This document shows, one piece after another, positions 1 to 9,643 of a stretch of DNA of 25,005 nucleotides. The notes beneath the pieces were generated by a model. That model made no database searches, was not told the DNA's origin, and saw only the letters and a program-made list of their open reading frames with translations. Every line of letters begins with the position of its first letter. Within the stretch, counting starts at the first letter, position 1. Origin of the DNA: a virus (lineage: Duplodnaviria; Caudoviricetes); the IMG/VR virus record IMGVR_UViG_3300021519_000069, positions 1 through 25,005 of that record; one strand, given 5' to 3'. A program made the position numbers and the translations under genes.

Positions 1-1323
1 TCGAATGGCCCAAGCAAAGCCGAAACATACTTCAAACTGGCGGCAGCCTTTGCGGAACCCGGCAAGACCGGCAGCTTTGGCGAAGGCCTTGGCCGTGCGG
101 CTGGCGTCATGGGCGACTATCAGAAAGCAGCAAGGGAATCAGATATTGCCAATGCTATGGCAAAACGTAGCTTGCAAACTGAAATGTTGAAATATCAAGC
201 CGAGTCTGCAAAAAACGCTCTTGAGCAGCGCGTCAAAATTCAAGACAAGCTGAACGATAATTCACAGCAATCGCCAGAGATGAGGCTGTGGCTTGAAACG
301 AATGCAGGAAATCCAAATCCACAATCATTTCCTGATTTTGTAAAAAGTAGAAAGTCACCAACCGAGCAAGAAGCATATGATGCTGCCTCTCTAGATGAAA
401 AGAAAAGAATGCTGGCAAATTGGACACAGATAGCGATTGCAAAAAATGCTGGCTTGCAAGACAAAGTGGCTGTACGCACTGCTAACGAACAAAAAACCGC
501 CCAAGGACTTAGTGATTCAGAAAAAATTGCAAGAAATATCCAAGCATGGGCTTACATACAAAGAGGAGTATTGCCATTCAGGAAGGGCGATCCTCAAAAT
601 AAAGAAGTTATGGATGCGGTAGCACAAATAAGCAAAGATTCAGGAAAAACAGCCCAAGAATTGGCAAATTCGCCTGCATCTTATAGAGCTGATTCTGCCT
701 CTTTAAGCACTAACAGGCTGAAACTTGATACACAAAGTTCAGCACTAGAAGCATTCCATAATAACTTTGATACATGGGATCAGCTGGCGTCAAATACGCC
801 TTTAACATTTGGGGATGCAGACGCAAAAGCATTTGCCGACTCAATGAAAGAAATAAATCAAACAGGCATTACCGATATTGACCAAGCTAAAATGACAATA
901 GCAAGTCATTTTAATGATCCTAGGGCTATAGCGGTAGCAGCTGCCGCATACACGACAGCGTTAGATTTTGCGCGCATTTCATCGCCAGCATCAAACGCGG
1001 CTTTGACTGAAGGCGCAACTAAAGAAGCTATGAAATTGATGAATGCGGCCTTTAATGAGCAAGGCAGAAAAGGATTGCGAACCTCTATGTATGCCGATGC
1101 AGACGGAAAAGTTTCCGCACAACAGCATACGATAAATAATATTTCGGATCGTATGAACGGCAAACCAGAAGGGACAACTAATAAAAAAGAAGCAGAAAGC
1201 AAAAAATCTGCAGCAACCTCACTCCCTGCTGGCATCCCGGAAGGGTCAATAAATATTGGCAAATCACCTGCTGGAAAAGATGTTTATAAAGATCCAACTG
1301 GCAAACAATGGGAAATTCAATAA
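1..1323 (+). CDS. 5'-truncated probable internal virion / DNA-ejection protein
   Basis: Frame 1 is open from base 1 (SNGPSKAETYFKLAAAFAEPGKTGSFGEGLGRAAGV-MGDYQK), so the track start at 109 is internal. The protein is Ala/Gln/Lys-rich and helical, ends in GKSPAGKDVYKDPTGKQWEIQ, and lies at the end of a rightward operon. Function is inferred from composition and position. Confidence 0.55.
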   Translation, partial: SNGPSKAETYFKLAAAFAEPGKTGSFGEGLGRAAGVMGDYQKAARESDIANAMAKRSLQTEMLKYQAESAKNALEQRVKIQDKLNDNSQQSPEMRLWLETNAGNPNPQSFPDFVKSRKSPTEQEAYDAASLDEKKRMLANWTQIAIAKNAGLQDKVAVRTANEQKTAQGLSDSEKIARNIQAWAYIQRGVLPFRKGDPQNKEVMDAVAQISKDSGKTAQELANSPASYRADSASLSTNRLKLDTQSSALEAFHNNFDTWDQLASNTPLTFGDADAKAFADSMKEINQTGITDIDQAKMTIASHFNDPRAIAVAAAAYTTALDFARISSPASNAALTEGATKEAMKLMNAAFNEQGRKGLRTSMYADADGKVSAQQHTINNISDRMNGKPEGTTNKKEAESKKSAATSLPAGIPEGSINIGKSPAGKDVYKDPTGKQWEIQ

Positions 1324-2561
1324 TGGCTGCTATCGAATATAAAGGCGAAGTCATCCCGGTTGCCCCGCCAACCGCAAAAGAATATACCGGCGAAGTTGTG
1401 CCGCCTGCTGGCTCCAAGAAAGCGGCTGATCCTCGTTTTAACATTGCGCTAGCATTGAAAGAGCTGGAAGGCGGCGTATTCGACCCATTGCTAAGTATGG
1501 GCAGCAACATGGTATTGAAGCCTATCAGCGACATCGCCGGTCTGGCGGCTTGGCCTGCCAATGCGATGGGTCTTACTGATATGGATCCGAGGTATCTTCA
1601 GCAGTTAATACAGTCTCAAGCCTATGAGCCACGGACTAATGCAGGCAGATCACTCTATAATCCATTAAATATTCCGCAGGCTATTGGCAAAGGATTAAAT
1701 TATTTGCTTCCCGGTGAAGCAAAAGAGCCTAACACTATGTCCGGGATGGCTCAAAATGCGATTAGGGAAGCAGTCCCGCAAGCTCTTTCGTTGTTGGGAA
1801 TGAAATATGTAGCCCCAGCGGCAAGAGCTGGCGCCGAGTGGGGAGCAGGCAAGTTAATGAGATCCGCTCTTTCTACTCCGGGGGTTGAAGATGCGGCTGT
1901 TAAGTCCATGCTTGACAACGGGTACACCGTATCCGGGAAAAGCCTTGAACAGATAAAGGCAGACATAGCCGCACATGGTGAATTACTGTCTAAAATACTT
2001 GAATCGCCTGAATATTCGGGAACAAAAATTCCGCAAAGTGAAATTATTGACCATCCTGCCATTACAGATTTGCGAAAAAAAATTGGGCCAGAAAATGTTA
2101 CCAGCGGATATGAAAACGATTTAAAGAAACTTGCAAAGCTTCAGGATAGTTTTGCTAATAACCCTGTATGGAAAATAAATCCTGAAACCGGAGTCCCAGA
2201 AATATCATTGGCTGAAGCCCAAGCCTTAAAAACTGGGACATACGAACGTGCCTACAAAACCAAAAGAGAAAATAAAGACGTAGTAACACAAACCAGAAAA
2301 GCTCAGGCACGCGCTTTGAAAGAAGCATTGGATACAGCGGCGCCTGAAACTGTGCCTATAAACCAAAAATTAAGTGGAATGATTCCAGCTAAAGTAGCAA
2401 TAGAAAAGGCATTGAGAAACCCCTCACTTATATCCGGCCTGAGAACATATGGCGAGTCATTGGGCGCAAAAAGTTTGTATAACTCTGCGTCGCCATTGGA
2501 AAAAATGTTGCAGGCACAATCACTAATGACGCAGCTATCGCGAGACCAGCCCCAGCCTTAA
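1323..2561 (+). CDS. Probable internal virion / DNA-ejection protein
   Basis: TAATG stop/start overlap at 1321-1325 gives MAAIEYKGEV. It has an N-terminal repeat (EYKGEVIP / EYTGEVVP), Gly/Ala-rich hydrophobic stretches and then a helical region. It is the last gene of the operon. Confidence 0.5.
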   Translation: MAAIEYKGEVIPVAPPTAKEYTGEVVPPAGSKKAADPRFNIALALKELEGGVFDPLLSMGSNMVLKPISDIAGLAAWPANAMGLTDMDPRYLQQLIQSQAYEPRTNAGRSLYNPLNIPQAIGKGLNYLLPGEAKEPNTMSGMAQNAIREAVPQALSLLGMKYVAPAARAGAEWGAGKLMRSALSTPGVEDAAVKSMLDNGYTVSGKSLEQIKADIAAHGELLSKILESPEYSGTKIPQSEIIDHPAITDLRKKIGPENVTSGYENDLKKLAKLQDSFANNPVWKINPETGVPEISLAEAQALKTGTYERAYKTKRENKDVVTQTRKAQARALKEALDTAAPETVPINQKLSGMIPAKVAIEKALRNPSLISGLRTYGESLGAKSLYNSASPLEKMLQAQSLMTQLSRDQPQP

Positions 2562-2755
2562 TTGGTGGGGCGGTTCTTGTTGTAGAACTCCAACAGGACA
2601 GGCGCGAGTTCGATAGCGTCAAACTCTACGCCCTCGTCACCCTCGACCTTGCCTATCCACAGCGTGCCTGTGTTGGGGACTTTGCCGGGCGCGATGAACA
2701 GCTCGCCGACTTGGATATGCCACGGGCACAGCGGGTAAAACGTCATGTCGGTCAT
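2558..2755 (-). CDS. Hypothetical phage protein (65 aa)
   Basis: ATGA-coupled to the upstream gene at 2752-2755. Its stop overlaps the convergent stop at 2558-2561. Confidence 0.6.
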   Translation of the reverse strand: MTDMTFYPLCPWHIQVGELFIAPGKVPNTGTLWIGKVEGDEGVEFDAIELAPVLLEFYNKNRPTN

Positions 2756-3282
2756 TTGTGGTTCGCCTTGAGTTCGGGGATTAGGTCGGCCATTGGATTG
2801 AGGAAGCCGATCTGGATTCTCCTCGCGTCGGCGTGTTGTATCAACCCGTCTGCCATCTGGCCCTGTCTTAAATTATCCGCGTTCTGGGTTGTCCAGAAAT
2901 CAGCCTTTTTAATCCAGCCGCACAGCCACACATTGCGCTCAGAAGCCCGAGCGAACACGTATATATCTGCGTCGAATTTGCTCTGTGAAAGCGTGACGTG
3001 GGCCGTGAAATTGGCCCGAGGAACCGAGCTGCAACGCTTGGTCTTGACGTCGATCTTCCTCCAGTCCACCAAGAAATCGTAGTGCAGCTGCTGCTTGGCA
3101 ACGTACTTGAACAGGATATCTTTCTCGTTCATCCAGCGGCCAAAGGCCAGCTCACCCATAATGCCGGTGGTCTGGCCTAGGCCATCTTCAAGGATCGTCT
3201 GAGAGTTGAATGCCTGCTTTGTACTGTGCCTATCCGCATACCCGCGCCATTCGTCGCTGATTGTGTAGGCCCGTGGGATCAT
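2752..3282 (-). CDS. PD-(D/E)XK restriction-endonuclease-fold-like protein
   Basis: Motif GIMGELAF...YDFLVDWRKIDVKTK fits E...D...D-V-K. The gene is ATGA-coupled within the operon. Confidence 0.5.
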   Translation of the reverse strand: MIPRAYTISDEWRGYADRHSTKQAFNSQTILEDGLGQTTGIMGELAFGRWMNEKDILFKYVAKQQLHYDFLVDWRKIDVKTKRCSSVPRANFTAHVTLSQSKFDADIYVFARASERNVWLCGWIKKADFWTTQNADNLRQGQMADGLIQHADARRIQIGFLNPMADLIPELKANHK

Positions 3283-4037
3283 CGTCGCAGCTTCGCCTCG
3301 GTCTCGGTTACCAGCTGGTCAAACTCCATTAAATCCATTTCCATTTGCTCGATGTAGTTGTCGTCACGCGCCACCCGCTGGCAGGTGAAATGGCGGTCAA
3401 CCGTGACAAGGGCGGGGATGTACAGACACATATCCCACCACTTCCTGCCGGTGATCCATAGGCACCCCTGCACCTGATCCATGATGGTGCCCCAGTTATT
3501 GTCGATCAAGATAGGCCGTACCATCGTCGGATCGTAAAAGCACTTGTACTCACCGCCACCGTCTTCGCCCACCAGTGCGTCGGCGCTGCAGCCGAACTTC
3601 CGGTCGTCGGTCATGCAGAACCCGGCCAGATCACACAGATCGTTCAGGTGGACTTCGTGGGCCTGCCTGCACGCCTCTTCCAGCTCCTTGCCTCGGCGCA
3701 TGGCAAATGTCTCGATCTGCTCTGCCAGTGGCTGGCCGGATATGCGTTCACATGCCAGCCTGAAGGCGTAGTTCTTGGCGGTTTCCGACCACTCCCCGAT
3801 TCGCTCGCCGCGCAGGGCTTTTTGAACGGAGATTGATGTTGGCGTGGACTTATATTCCCCGGCTAGTTTTGCGTCAGCTTCAGACCCGCCTCTCAAAATC
3901 GTATCGACATACATTTTCTGTTGATACGTCAGCAGGCCAACTTTAGCCCGGACGGTGTTGAACATCGAGGCGGTGATCACCCCGGCCCGGTCAGTGTGCC
4001 AGCCAATTGTTCCCTGTTCATATTCGCTGATGATCAT
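3279..4037 (-). CDS. YqaJ / lambda-exonuclease family recombination exonuclease
   Basis: Motifs EQGTIGWHTDRAGVITAS, AMRRGKELE, FGCSADALVGEDGGGEYKC and QVQGCLWITGRKWWD. Adjacent to ERF. Confidence 0.9.
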   Translation of the reverse strand: MIISEYEQGTIGWHTDRAGVITASMFNTVRAKVGLLTYQQKMYVDTILRGGSEADAKLAGEYKSTPTSISVQKALRGERIGEWSETAKNYAFRLACERISGQPLAEQIETFAMRRGKELEEACRQAHEVHLNDLCDLAGFCMTDDRKFGCSADALVGEDGGGEYKCFYDPTMVRPILIDNNWGTIMDQVQGCLWITGRKWWDMCLYIPALVTVDRHFTCQRVARDDNYIEQMEMDLMEFDQLVTETEAKLRR

Positions 4038-4762
4038 GCTGGGTCACCTGCTGGGGCGGCGTCAGCCTTGGCGGCGATGGTTTTATAGATTTTGGTCAGT
4101 GCGCTGTCGTACCGTTCGGGCTGCAACTGGCCTACCGATGCTATTCGGGCCGACTTGCAGAACTGCTCTTCCGTCACGTCGGCCTGCAGCAGCAAGCTCT
4201 TGATGACGCCTGCCTGAACCCCGCTGATGGTTTCAACTGGCTTGGCGCCGTCGTTGTCGTCACCTGTCGAGATGTTGAGCATCGCGCAGATGCCGTACCG
4301 CTTGCCGTAGCTGATCGCCGAGCCTACCGCCTGCACGCCAGACTTGCTGCCGCTAGTGTCGGCCATCAATGGGATCGTGGTCTCTTCGCTGTGGCCGTCA
4401 CGGTGAGACAAGACGACGCGCACATTGATAGCCCCGACCTCGCAAGACACGCGGAACGTCACAGCGAAACCGTGCTTGTAAAGGATAGGCCGCAGCTGGT
4501 CATTGATGTCTTCCAGCAAAGCGTATTTGATCGTGCCGTGGCCCCTGCCAGCTTCAGCGATACGGGGCAGCTCGACCTGCATTTCGGACAGGCTGGCCGC
4601 AAAAGACTGCTGCGCAGATCGTGTGACAACACGCTCCTGCATTTCCAGCAGGGTCTGCAGCTTCTCGATGGTGACGTCCGGATTCATGATCACCCTTTCG
4701 ATCATTTCCAGCATGCGTTGACTTTCTGTTAGCGGCGCACTTGTTACAGGAATGTTGCTCAT
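4034..4762 (-). CDS. erf: ERF-family single-strand annealing protein
   Basis: Motifs KYALLEDINDQLRPILYKHGF, HRDGHSEE and QAVGSAISYGKRYGICAMLNI, typical of the ERF family. Confidence 0.88.
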   Translation of the reverse strand: MSNIPVTSAPLTESQRMLEMIERVIMNPDVTIEKLQTLLEMQERVVTRSAQQSFAASLSEMQVELPRIAEAGRGHGTIKYALLEDINDQLRPILYKHGFAVTFRVSCEVGAINVRVVLSHRDGHSEETTIPLMADTSGSKSGVQAVGSAISYGKRYGICAMLNISTGDDNDGAKPVETISGVQAGVIKSLLLQADVTEEQFCKSARIASVGQLQPERYDSALTKIYKTIAAKADAAPAGDPA

Positions 4763-4793
4763 ACGTTGATACCCAGTTGATTAAAGAGCGTGC

Positions 4794-4845
4794 ATCGTAA
4801 CGTATGCGGAACGAACTTGCAATACTTATGATGTGTTGATACACT
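4794..4845. promoter_or_regulatory. Back-to-back sigma70-type promoters sharing one palindromic -35 (TTGCAA)
   Basis: TTGCAA at 4817-4822. Rightward: 17-bp spacer, then TACACT at 4840-4845. Leftward: 17-bp spacer, then TACGAT (plus-strand ATCGTA at 4794-4799). Lies between the divergent erf and HTH genes. Confidence 0.7.
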
Positions 4846-4874
4846 GCCGGCGCATCAACATTTGGAGAGCACCA

Positions 4875-5087
4875 ATGGTAGAGACAAGGCAGGAGGTACG
4901 GGCGGCATTGACCGAGATCACGGCGCTGACAGGCTGGAGCATGCGCGAGCTGGCACGCAAGGCCAACATCAGTGTCGCCACGGTGTCGCGCTTAACATCG
5001 GCACAGGAAGGCAGTCTTCCCTACCTGACCACCAGAGTTAACATCGAAAAGCTATTGATCAGGATCCGCAAAAAATACGCAGCATAA
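4875..5087 (+). CDS. Cro/XRE-like helix-turn-helix regulator
   Basis: GGAGAG RBS before ATG 4875. WSMRELARKANISVATVSRL is a typical HTH. First gene of the replication operon. Confidence 0.8.
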   Translation: MVETRQEVRAALTEITALTGWSMRELARKANISVATVSRLTSAQEGSLPYLTTRVNIEKLLIRIRKKYAA

Positions 5088-5114
5088 TTATTATTTACAA
5101 CCGGGCAGATTGAC

Positions 5115-6599
5115 ATGAGAAAACAATTGCGGCCTCGCCAAGTGCAGGCTTTAAACGAATTGCGGGCCTCGCTGGGTTCTGGCAAGAAACGTGTGATTCT
5201 GAAGGCACCTACAGGATTCGGTAAGACCGTACTAGCAGCCGAGATTATTCATCGCGCTCTGGAGCGGGGAAAGAAGGTGTTGTTTGTTGTGGATGCCATT
5301 AGTTTAGTAGATCAAACTGCGCGGTCGTTTTACGAGCAGGGCATCACAGACATCGGGGTGATCCAAGCCGACCATGAAATGACCGAGCCGGGCGCCGCTG
5401 TACAGGTCTGTTCGCAGGCCACGCTGGCACGTCGCCGGTTCCTTCCAGAAGCCGACCTGATCATGATTGATGAAGTCCACGTCTTCTATAAGTTTTACCA
5501 AAAATGGATGGAGAAGTGGGACGCGATTCCTTTCATCGGATTGAGCGCCACGCCCTACACCACCGGGTTGGGGAAACACTTTCAGCAGTTGATATGCACG
5601 GCTACAACGCAAGAGCTGATCGACGAGGGCGACCTGTGCGACTTCCGCGTGTTTGCGCCGGCCATGCCAGACCTCTCCAAAGTAAAAGTGATTGCTGGAG
5701 ATTACAACGAGGCCGAGCTGGCGCTGGTGATGAACAATGCCGATCTTGTGGCAGGCATCGTTGAGACTTGGAAAGCAAAGGCTGAAGGGTTGCCGACACT
5801 GGTCTACGCGGTAGACCGTGCCCATGCCAGAGCGATACAGGCCGAGTTCGATAAGGCCAGCATCAAGTTTGAATACATCGACGCTTTCACCGAGCGTGAA
5901 GACCGCGAAGTCATCAAGAAACAGTTTCATAACGGAGAAGTAGCTGGGGTAGTCAGCGTTGGCTGTCTGACTAAAGGCATCGACTGGGACGTCCGTTGTA
6001 TCGTTCTCGCTCGGCCCACTAAAAGCGATATGCTGTATCAGCAGATCATCGGTAGGGGCTTGCGAAACGCACCCGGCAAGGAATATGTGTTGATCCTCGA
6101 CCACAGCAGCACCACGCTCCGGCTGGGCTTTGTGACCGAGGTCGACGAGCGACACGGCGCCTTGAGCATGGGCAAGAAAGGCCAAAGTGTGCGGGAAGTA
6201 AAAGAACCGCAGTCCAAAGAATGTTCGCAGTGCCATTTTGTAAAGCCACCGAAAGTTTGGGAGTGTCCGAACTGTGGCCACAAGCCGGAGCGCCAGCCTG
6301 ACGTAGTACACATTGCCGGCCAGCTGGAAGAGCTGACCAAGACCCAGAAGCGCAACAACAAATCATCAACCGCAGTCGACAAGGCTTTCTTCCTCGGTGA
6401 GTGTCTGACCTATGCACATCAGCGTGGCAGGGCCGAAGGCAGGGCCGAAGGCTGGGCAAAGCATCTATACCGCGCCAAATATGGGGTCTGGCCCAATAAA
6501 ATAACCCCGTTCATGCGCGCCCCTACGGCAGAAACTTTGACCTACATCAAGGCGCAGGCCATCCGTTACGCAAAAGGAAAAGCCAATGCAAGAGTTTAA
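5115..6599 (+). CDS. Superfamily 2 (DExH) DNA helicase with C-terminal zinc ribbon
   Basis: Motifs APTGFGKT (Walker A), DEVH, GLSATP and QIIGRGLR, plus CSQC...CPNCG. Confidence 0.93.
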   Translation: MRKQLRPRQVQALNELRASLGSGKKRVILKAPTGFGKTVLAAEIIHRALERGKKVLFVVDAISLVDQTARSFYEQGITDIGVIQADHEMTEPGAAVQVCSQATLARRRFLPEADLIMIDEVHVFYKFYQKWMEKWDAIPFIGLSATPYTTGLGKHFQQLICTATTQELIDEGDLCDFRVFAPAMPDLSKVKVIAGDYNEAELALVMNNADLVAGIVETWKAKAEGLPTLVYAVDRAHARAIQAEFDKASIKFEYIDAFTEREDREVIKKQFHNGEVAGVVSVGCLTKGIDWDVRCIVLARPTKSDMLYQQIIGRGLRNAPGKEYVLILDHSSTTLRLGFVTEVDERHGALSMGKKGQSVREVKEPQSKECSQCHFVKPPKVWECPNCGHKPERQPDVVHIAGQLEELTKTQKRNNKSSTAVDKAFFLGECLTYAHQRGRAEGRAEGWAKHLYRAKYGVWPNKITPFMRAPTAETLTYIKAQAIRYAKGKANARV

Positions 6600-7491
6600 G
6601 CGGTCGACAGCTGGGCGCTGGCTGGGCATCCTTGGTTCCTACGGCGTCGACGAGACTTTTTTCCGAACCGCTCACGGGCCGTGCCCATTGTGTGGCGGGA
6701 AGGATCGGTATCGCTGGATAGATAAGGGTGGCAATGGGGAGTATTTCTGCAGTGGTTGCGGGCCGGGTGATGGTCTGGAGTTGCTGTCACGGTACACCGG
6801 CAAGAAAAAGGGCGAACTGATGCGCGAAATCAGCCCCAAAGTTGTCGAGTACAAAGCGGTTAAGAAGAACCCAGCGCCCAATGGCGATGCCCGGATCCGC
6901 AAGATCATGAAGGAGAGCAAGCCGGTGTCATCGTTTGCCGGTGGGATCGTCAGGAAATATCTGAAGTCGCGTGGCCTGAAGGCGTCGGCATTGCTACGTG
7001 AGCACCCCGGCCTGCCGTACTACGACGGCAACAAGGTGCTGGGCGTGTACCCTGCCATGATTGCACTGGTAGAGACAGGCACGGCACTGGCCTCTTTGCA
7101 CGTTACGTACCTGACCCCTGACGGACAGAAAGCCCCAGTCCCGTCGCCCAAAAAACTGCTGACCCCGCGTTGTGATATGACAGGCGCATCAATACGCCTC
7201 ACGAAACCCTACCCTGTACTTGGAATCGCAGAAGGCGTCGAGACAGCTTTGGCCGTGATTGCGCTTTACAGCAAGCCCTGCTGGGCAGCGGCCACCGCCG
7301 GGATGCTGGAGAAGTTTGTGCCGCCCGAAGGCACCACCAGCATTATTATCTACGCCGACAATGACGCCAGCTTTACCGGGCAGAAATCAGCCTACACGTT
7401 GGCCCAGACCCTGACCCAGAAAGGATTCGGCGTGACCGTAGTCATGCCAAGTTTAATCGGCGACTTTGCCGACGAGGTGAAAAATGTCTAG
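6586..7491 (+). CDS. DNA primase (P4-alpha-type zinc-binding domain + Toprim)
   Basis: N-terminal HGPCPLCGGKDRY...YFCSGCGPGDG, and Toprim motifs IAEGVETAL and IYADND. Confidence 0.88.
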   Translation: MQEFKRSTAGRWLGILGSYGVDETFFRTAHGPCPLCGGKDRYRWIDKGGNGEYFCSGCGPGDGLELLSRYTGKKKGELMREISPKVVEYKAVKKNPAPNGDARIRKIMKESKPVSSFAGGIVRKYLKSRGLKASALLREHPGLPYYDGNKVLGVYPAMIALVETGTALASLHVTYLTPDGQKAPVPSPKKLLTPRCDMTGASIRLTKPYPVLGIAEGVETALAVIALYSKPCWAAATAGMLEKFVPPEGTTSIIIYADNDASFTGQKSAYTLAQTLTQKGFGVTVVMPSLIGDFADEVKNV

Positions 7492-7666
7492 AAAATTACC
7501 GCACCGATACGCTGCTGATTTTATGAAGGCTGGCGCCGACAAGGACGCACAGAAAGCTGCGCTGGCCGGGTGCCCAGTGATCTGGCAAGACCAAGTCCGG
7601 ACGCACATCAAAATTCAGAGGATGTGGGTTGAACATAAACAGAGGGCGTACAATGGAAATCAGTGA
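7484..7666 (+). CDS. Hypothetical phage protein (60 aa)
   Basis: GAGGTG RBS, and overlapping coupling with both neighbours. Confidence 0.6.
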   Translation: MSRKLPHRYAADFMKAGADKDAQKAALAGCPVIWQDQVRTHIKIQRMWVEHKQRAYNGNQ

Positions 7667-8126
7667 AACAACATTCATCGTCAATTCGGAAATATCGTGC
7701 GCCGGGTTTGCCAAATGGGCTGCGCAAAAGTGGCGGGATCACAAATACCTGACGTTCACTTTTCGTGTCGGGGAAGAACGTAGTCTAGATCAGAACGCAC
7801 TACTGCACCTTTGGTTGACACTGTACGCCGCGCATCTTGCAAAAATAGATCGCAAGGCCGTCAGCGAGGAAATGCTGGAGTACATGAAACAAAAAGCCAA
7901 GTATTTGTATTACACCCAGACCGCTGCCGACTGGATGATAAAGAAAATGGTCAATCCAAAAAGCGGGGCAGAGGGAAAGGTTTATTACCGTAGCAGCGCA
8001 GACTATAAGGTGGGCGAAATGTTCCAGTTCTTGACGTGGTTGCAGAACACTGCAGCAAATGACGGGCTGTTGCTTGAATCCAGAGGCCAGTACCAAAAAC
8101 TCCAAAAACAACACAATGGCGAATAG
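7653..8126 (+). CDS. ninB: NinB/Orf-like recombination protein
   Basis: RSLDQNALLHLWL motif and C-terminal SSADYKVGEMFQFL...A. Located upstream of ninG. Confidence 0.65.
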   Translation: MEISETTFIVNSEISCAGFAKWAAQKWRDHKYLTFTFRVGEERSLDQNALLHLWLTLYAAHLAKIDRKAVSEEMLEYMKQKAKYLYYTQTAADWMIKKMVNPKSGAEGKVYYRSSADYKVGEMFQFLTWLQNTAANDGLLLESRGQYQKLQKQHNGE

Positions 8127-8730
8127 TAAGCGCAAGTGCGCACTCAAGACCTGTGGCTTGCGGTTCCGGCCTGAAGACGGCATCGTCAGGGGCTTGCAGG
8201 CGTGGTGTGGGCAAGACCACCAGATCGAGTGGGCGATGGCCGCGGGTAAGAAGCTGCGAGAGCGCACGGTCAAGCAGGCGAGGGTACAAGAGGTCAGGCA
8301 GTTCAAGGCGGGCGATAGGCCTTTACAGCTCAAGCTCACCCAAACCGAATTTAACCGCATGATCAGGCTTCTGGACGCCAAACGGGGTTGCATCAGCTGC
8401 GACAAGCCCCCGTCATGGAAGGGCCAGTGGCATGCCTCTCACTACCGAAGTATAGGTGCGCAAGGCAGTTTAAGATTTGACCCGCTAAATGTTCACAAAG
8501 CGTGTTCACTATGTAATAATCACTTATCCGGCAACATTCGCGGGTATCGGGAAGGCTTGCTCCACTTCTACGGCCAGCCAATCCTTGATTACCTTGAAGT
8601 GAACAGAGAGCCAATAAAGTGGGACGCTCCCGAGTTGGTAAAAATGCGCCAAGACTTCACTGCTGAAATCAGGTTATTGCTTGCCGGTAAACCGCCAAGC
8701 CGAAACTGGAGGGCTTATGTCCCCGCTTAA
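8116..8730 (+). CDS. ninG: NinG/Rap Holliday-junction endonuclease
   Basis: Motifs KRKC...CG, QTEFNRMIRLLD, CISCD, WHASHYRSIGA, LRFDPLNVHKACSLCNNHLSGN. Confidence 0.9.
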   Translation: MANSKRKCALKTCGLRFRPEDGIVRGLQAWCGQDHQIEWAMAAGKKLRERTVKQARVQEVRQFKAGDRPLQLKLTQTEFNRMIRLLDAKRGCISCDKPPSWKGQWHASHYRSIGAQGSLRFDPLNVHKACSLCNNHLSGNIRGYREGLLHFYGQPILDYLEVNREPIKWDAPELVKMRQDFTAEIRLLLAGKPPSRNWRAYVPA

Positions 8731-9352
8731 AGACGTTCCTTGCTGCGTGGAAGGATGCGACCGGATGGCGATGTATTCGGAAGCGCGGCTCTGTCAAAAG
8801 CATTATTTCAGGAAAATGCGCAATGGCCATTTTGAATTGAAAAAGCGCAAGTTACGCTCAGTTGAAAAAACAAGAGGCTATGTAATGCTTGTGCTGCCCG
8901 ATCATCCACTAGCTGACAATCGCGGCAACGTGCGGGAACATCGCGTTGTTTATCATGACAAGGTTTGCAGCAATCCTACAGCTTGTGAAATGTGCCAAGC
9001 TCCGATCACTTGGGCGAATCTGCATATTGACCACAAGGATGAAGTGACCGGCAATAACGAGCCTGATAATTTGCGAGCATTGTGCCGCGCCTGCAATGTT
9101 TTCCGGGCGCATACTTCTACTTCAATGGGGACTACGTTTATTGAGATTGACGGGCTAAAGCTGGTTACGAGCGCATGGGCCAGAATGCCGGGAGTAAAGG
9201 TATGTGGTGGCACTATTAGGTATAGAAAAAAGAAGGGATGGAGCGATTATGATGCGGTCTATGCTGAACGTAGAACACACAATACTTGTCCCCCCGCAAA
9301 ACAACGGATTACTAAATATGATTCTCTGCGCGGCATCCCCACTAATTGCTGA
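8717..9352 (+). CDS. HNH endonuclease (possible homing endonuclease)
   Basis: N-terminal CCVEGC...LCQKHY, then HPLA...VREHRVV, and CEMC...LHIDHKDEVTGNNEPDNLRALCRACN. Confidence 0.85.
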   Translation: MSPLKDVPCCVEGCDRMAMYSEARLCQKHYFRKMRNGHFELKKRKLRSVEKTRGYVMLVLPDHPLADNRGNVREHRVVYHDKVCSNPTACEMCQAPITWANLHIDHKDEVTGNNEPDNLRALCRACNVFRAHTSTSMGTTFIEIDGLKLVTSAWARMPGVKVCGGTIRYRKKKGWSDYDAVYAERRTHNTCPPAKQRITKYDSLRGIPTNC

Positions 9353-9418
9353 AATCTTTGTAGAATCCACCATTTCCGGCTGGAAGCAGGATTGCCGCCG
9401 AGCCGGGATTGGCGCCAC

Positions 9419-9643
9419 CTATAAAGACTTGGGGATTTTTTTATAGCTGATCATAAACGGTTTTGGCGGCTCAACGCGGTTAGAATCTATCAGATGCTCG
9501 ACTTGTATAATTTGCCCCCCTTTGGCCAGAAACTCCGCTATGTGTCCGTCCAACTCAGCCCGTATTGTTTCGGATGCTGCACGTTTGTGTGTGTCGGTGA
9601 GGATGTAGCGCATCTCGCTGCTTCGGGTGTCAGGCTTTGCCAT
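9419..9643 (-). CDS. Small protein with SutA-like RNA-polymerase-binding motif
   Basis: IRAELDGHIAEFLAKGGQIIQVE resembles the conserved helix of Pseudomonas SutA (EEFLxRGGKVQ). Confidence 0.55.
   Translation of the reverse strand: MAKPDTRSSEMRYILTDTHKRAASETIRAELDGHIAEFLAKGGQIIQVEHLIDSNRVEPPKPFMISYKKIPKSL

Noticed and set aside
5304-6311. 335-aa minus-strand ORF
   Set aside because: Antisense shadow of the helicase gene with no motifs.
6426-6452. 12-bp tandem duplication in the helicase (GRAEGRAEG)
   Set aside because: In-frame micro-duplication in the C-terminal region with no evident functional significance.
9395-9420. CCGGGATTGGCG resembling part of a c4 antisense-RNA element
   Set aside because: The match is too short, and the complementary stem and surrounding structure are absent.
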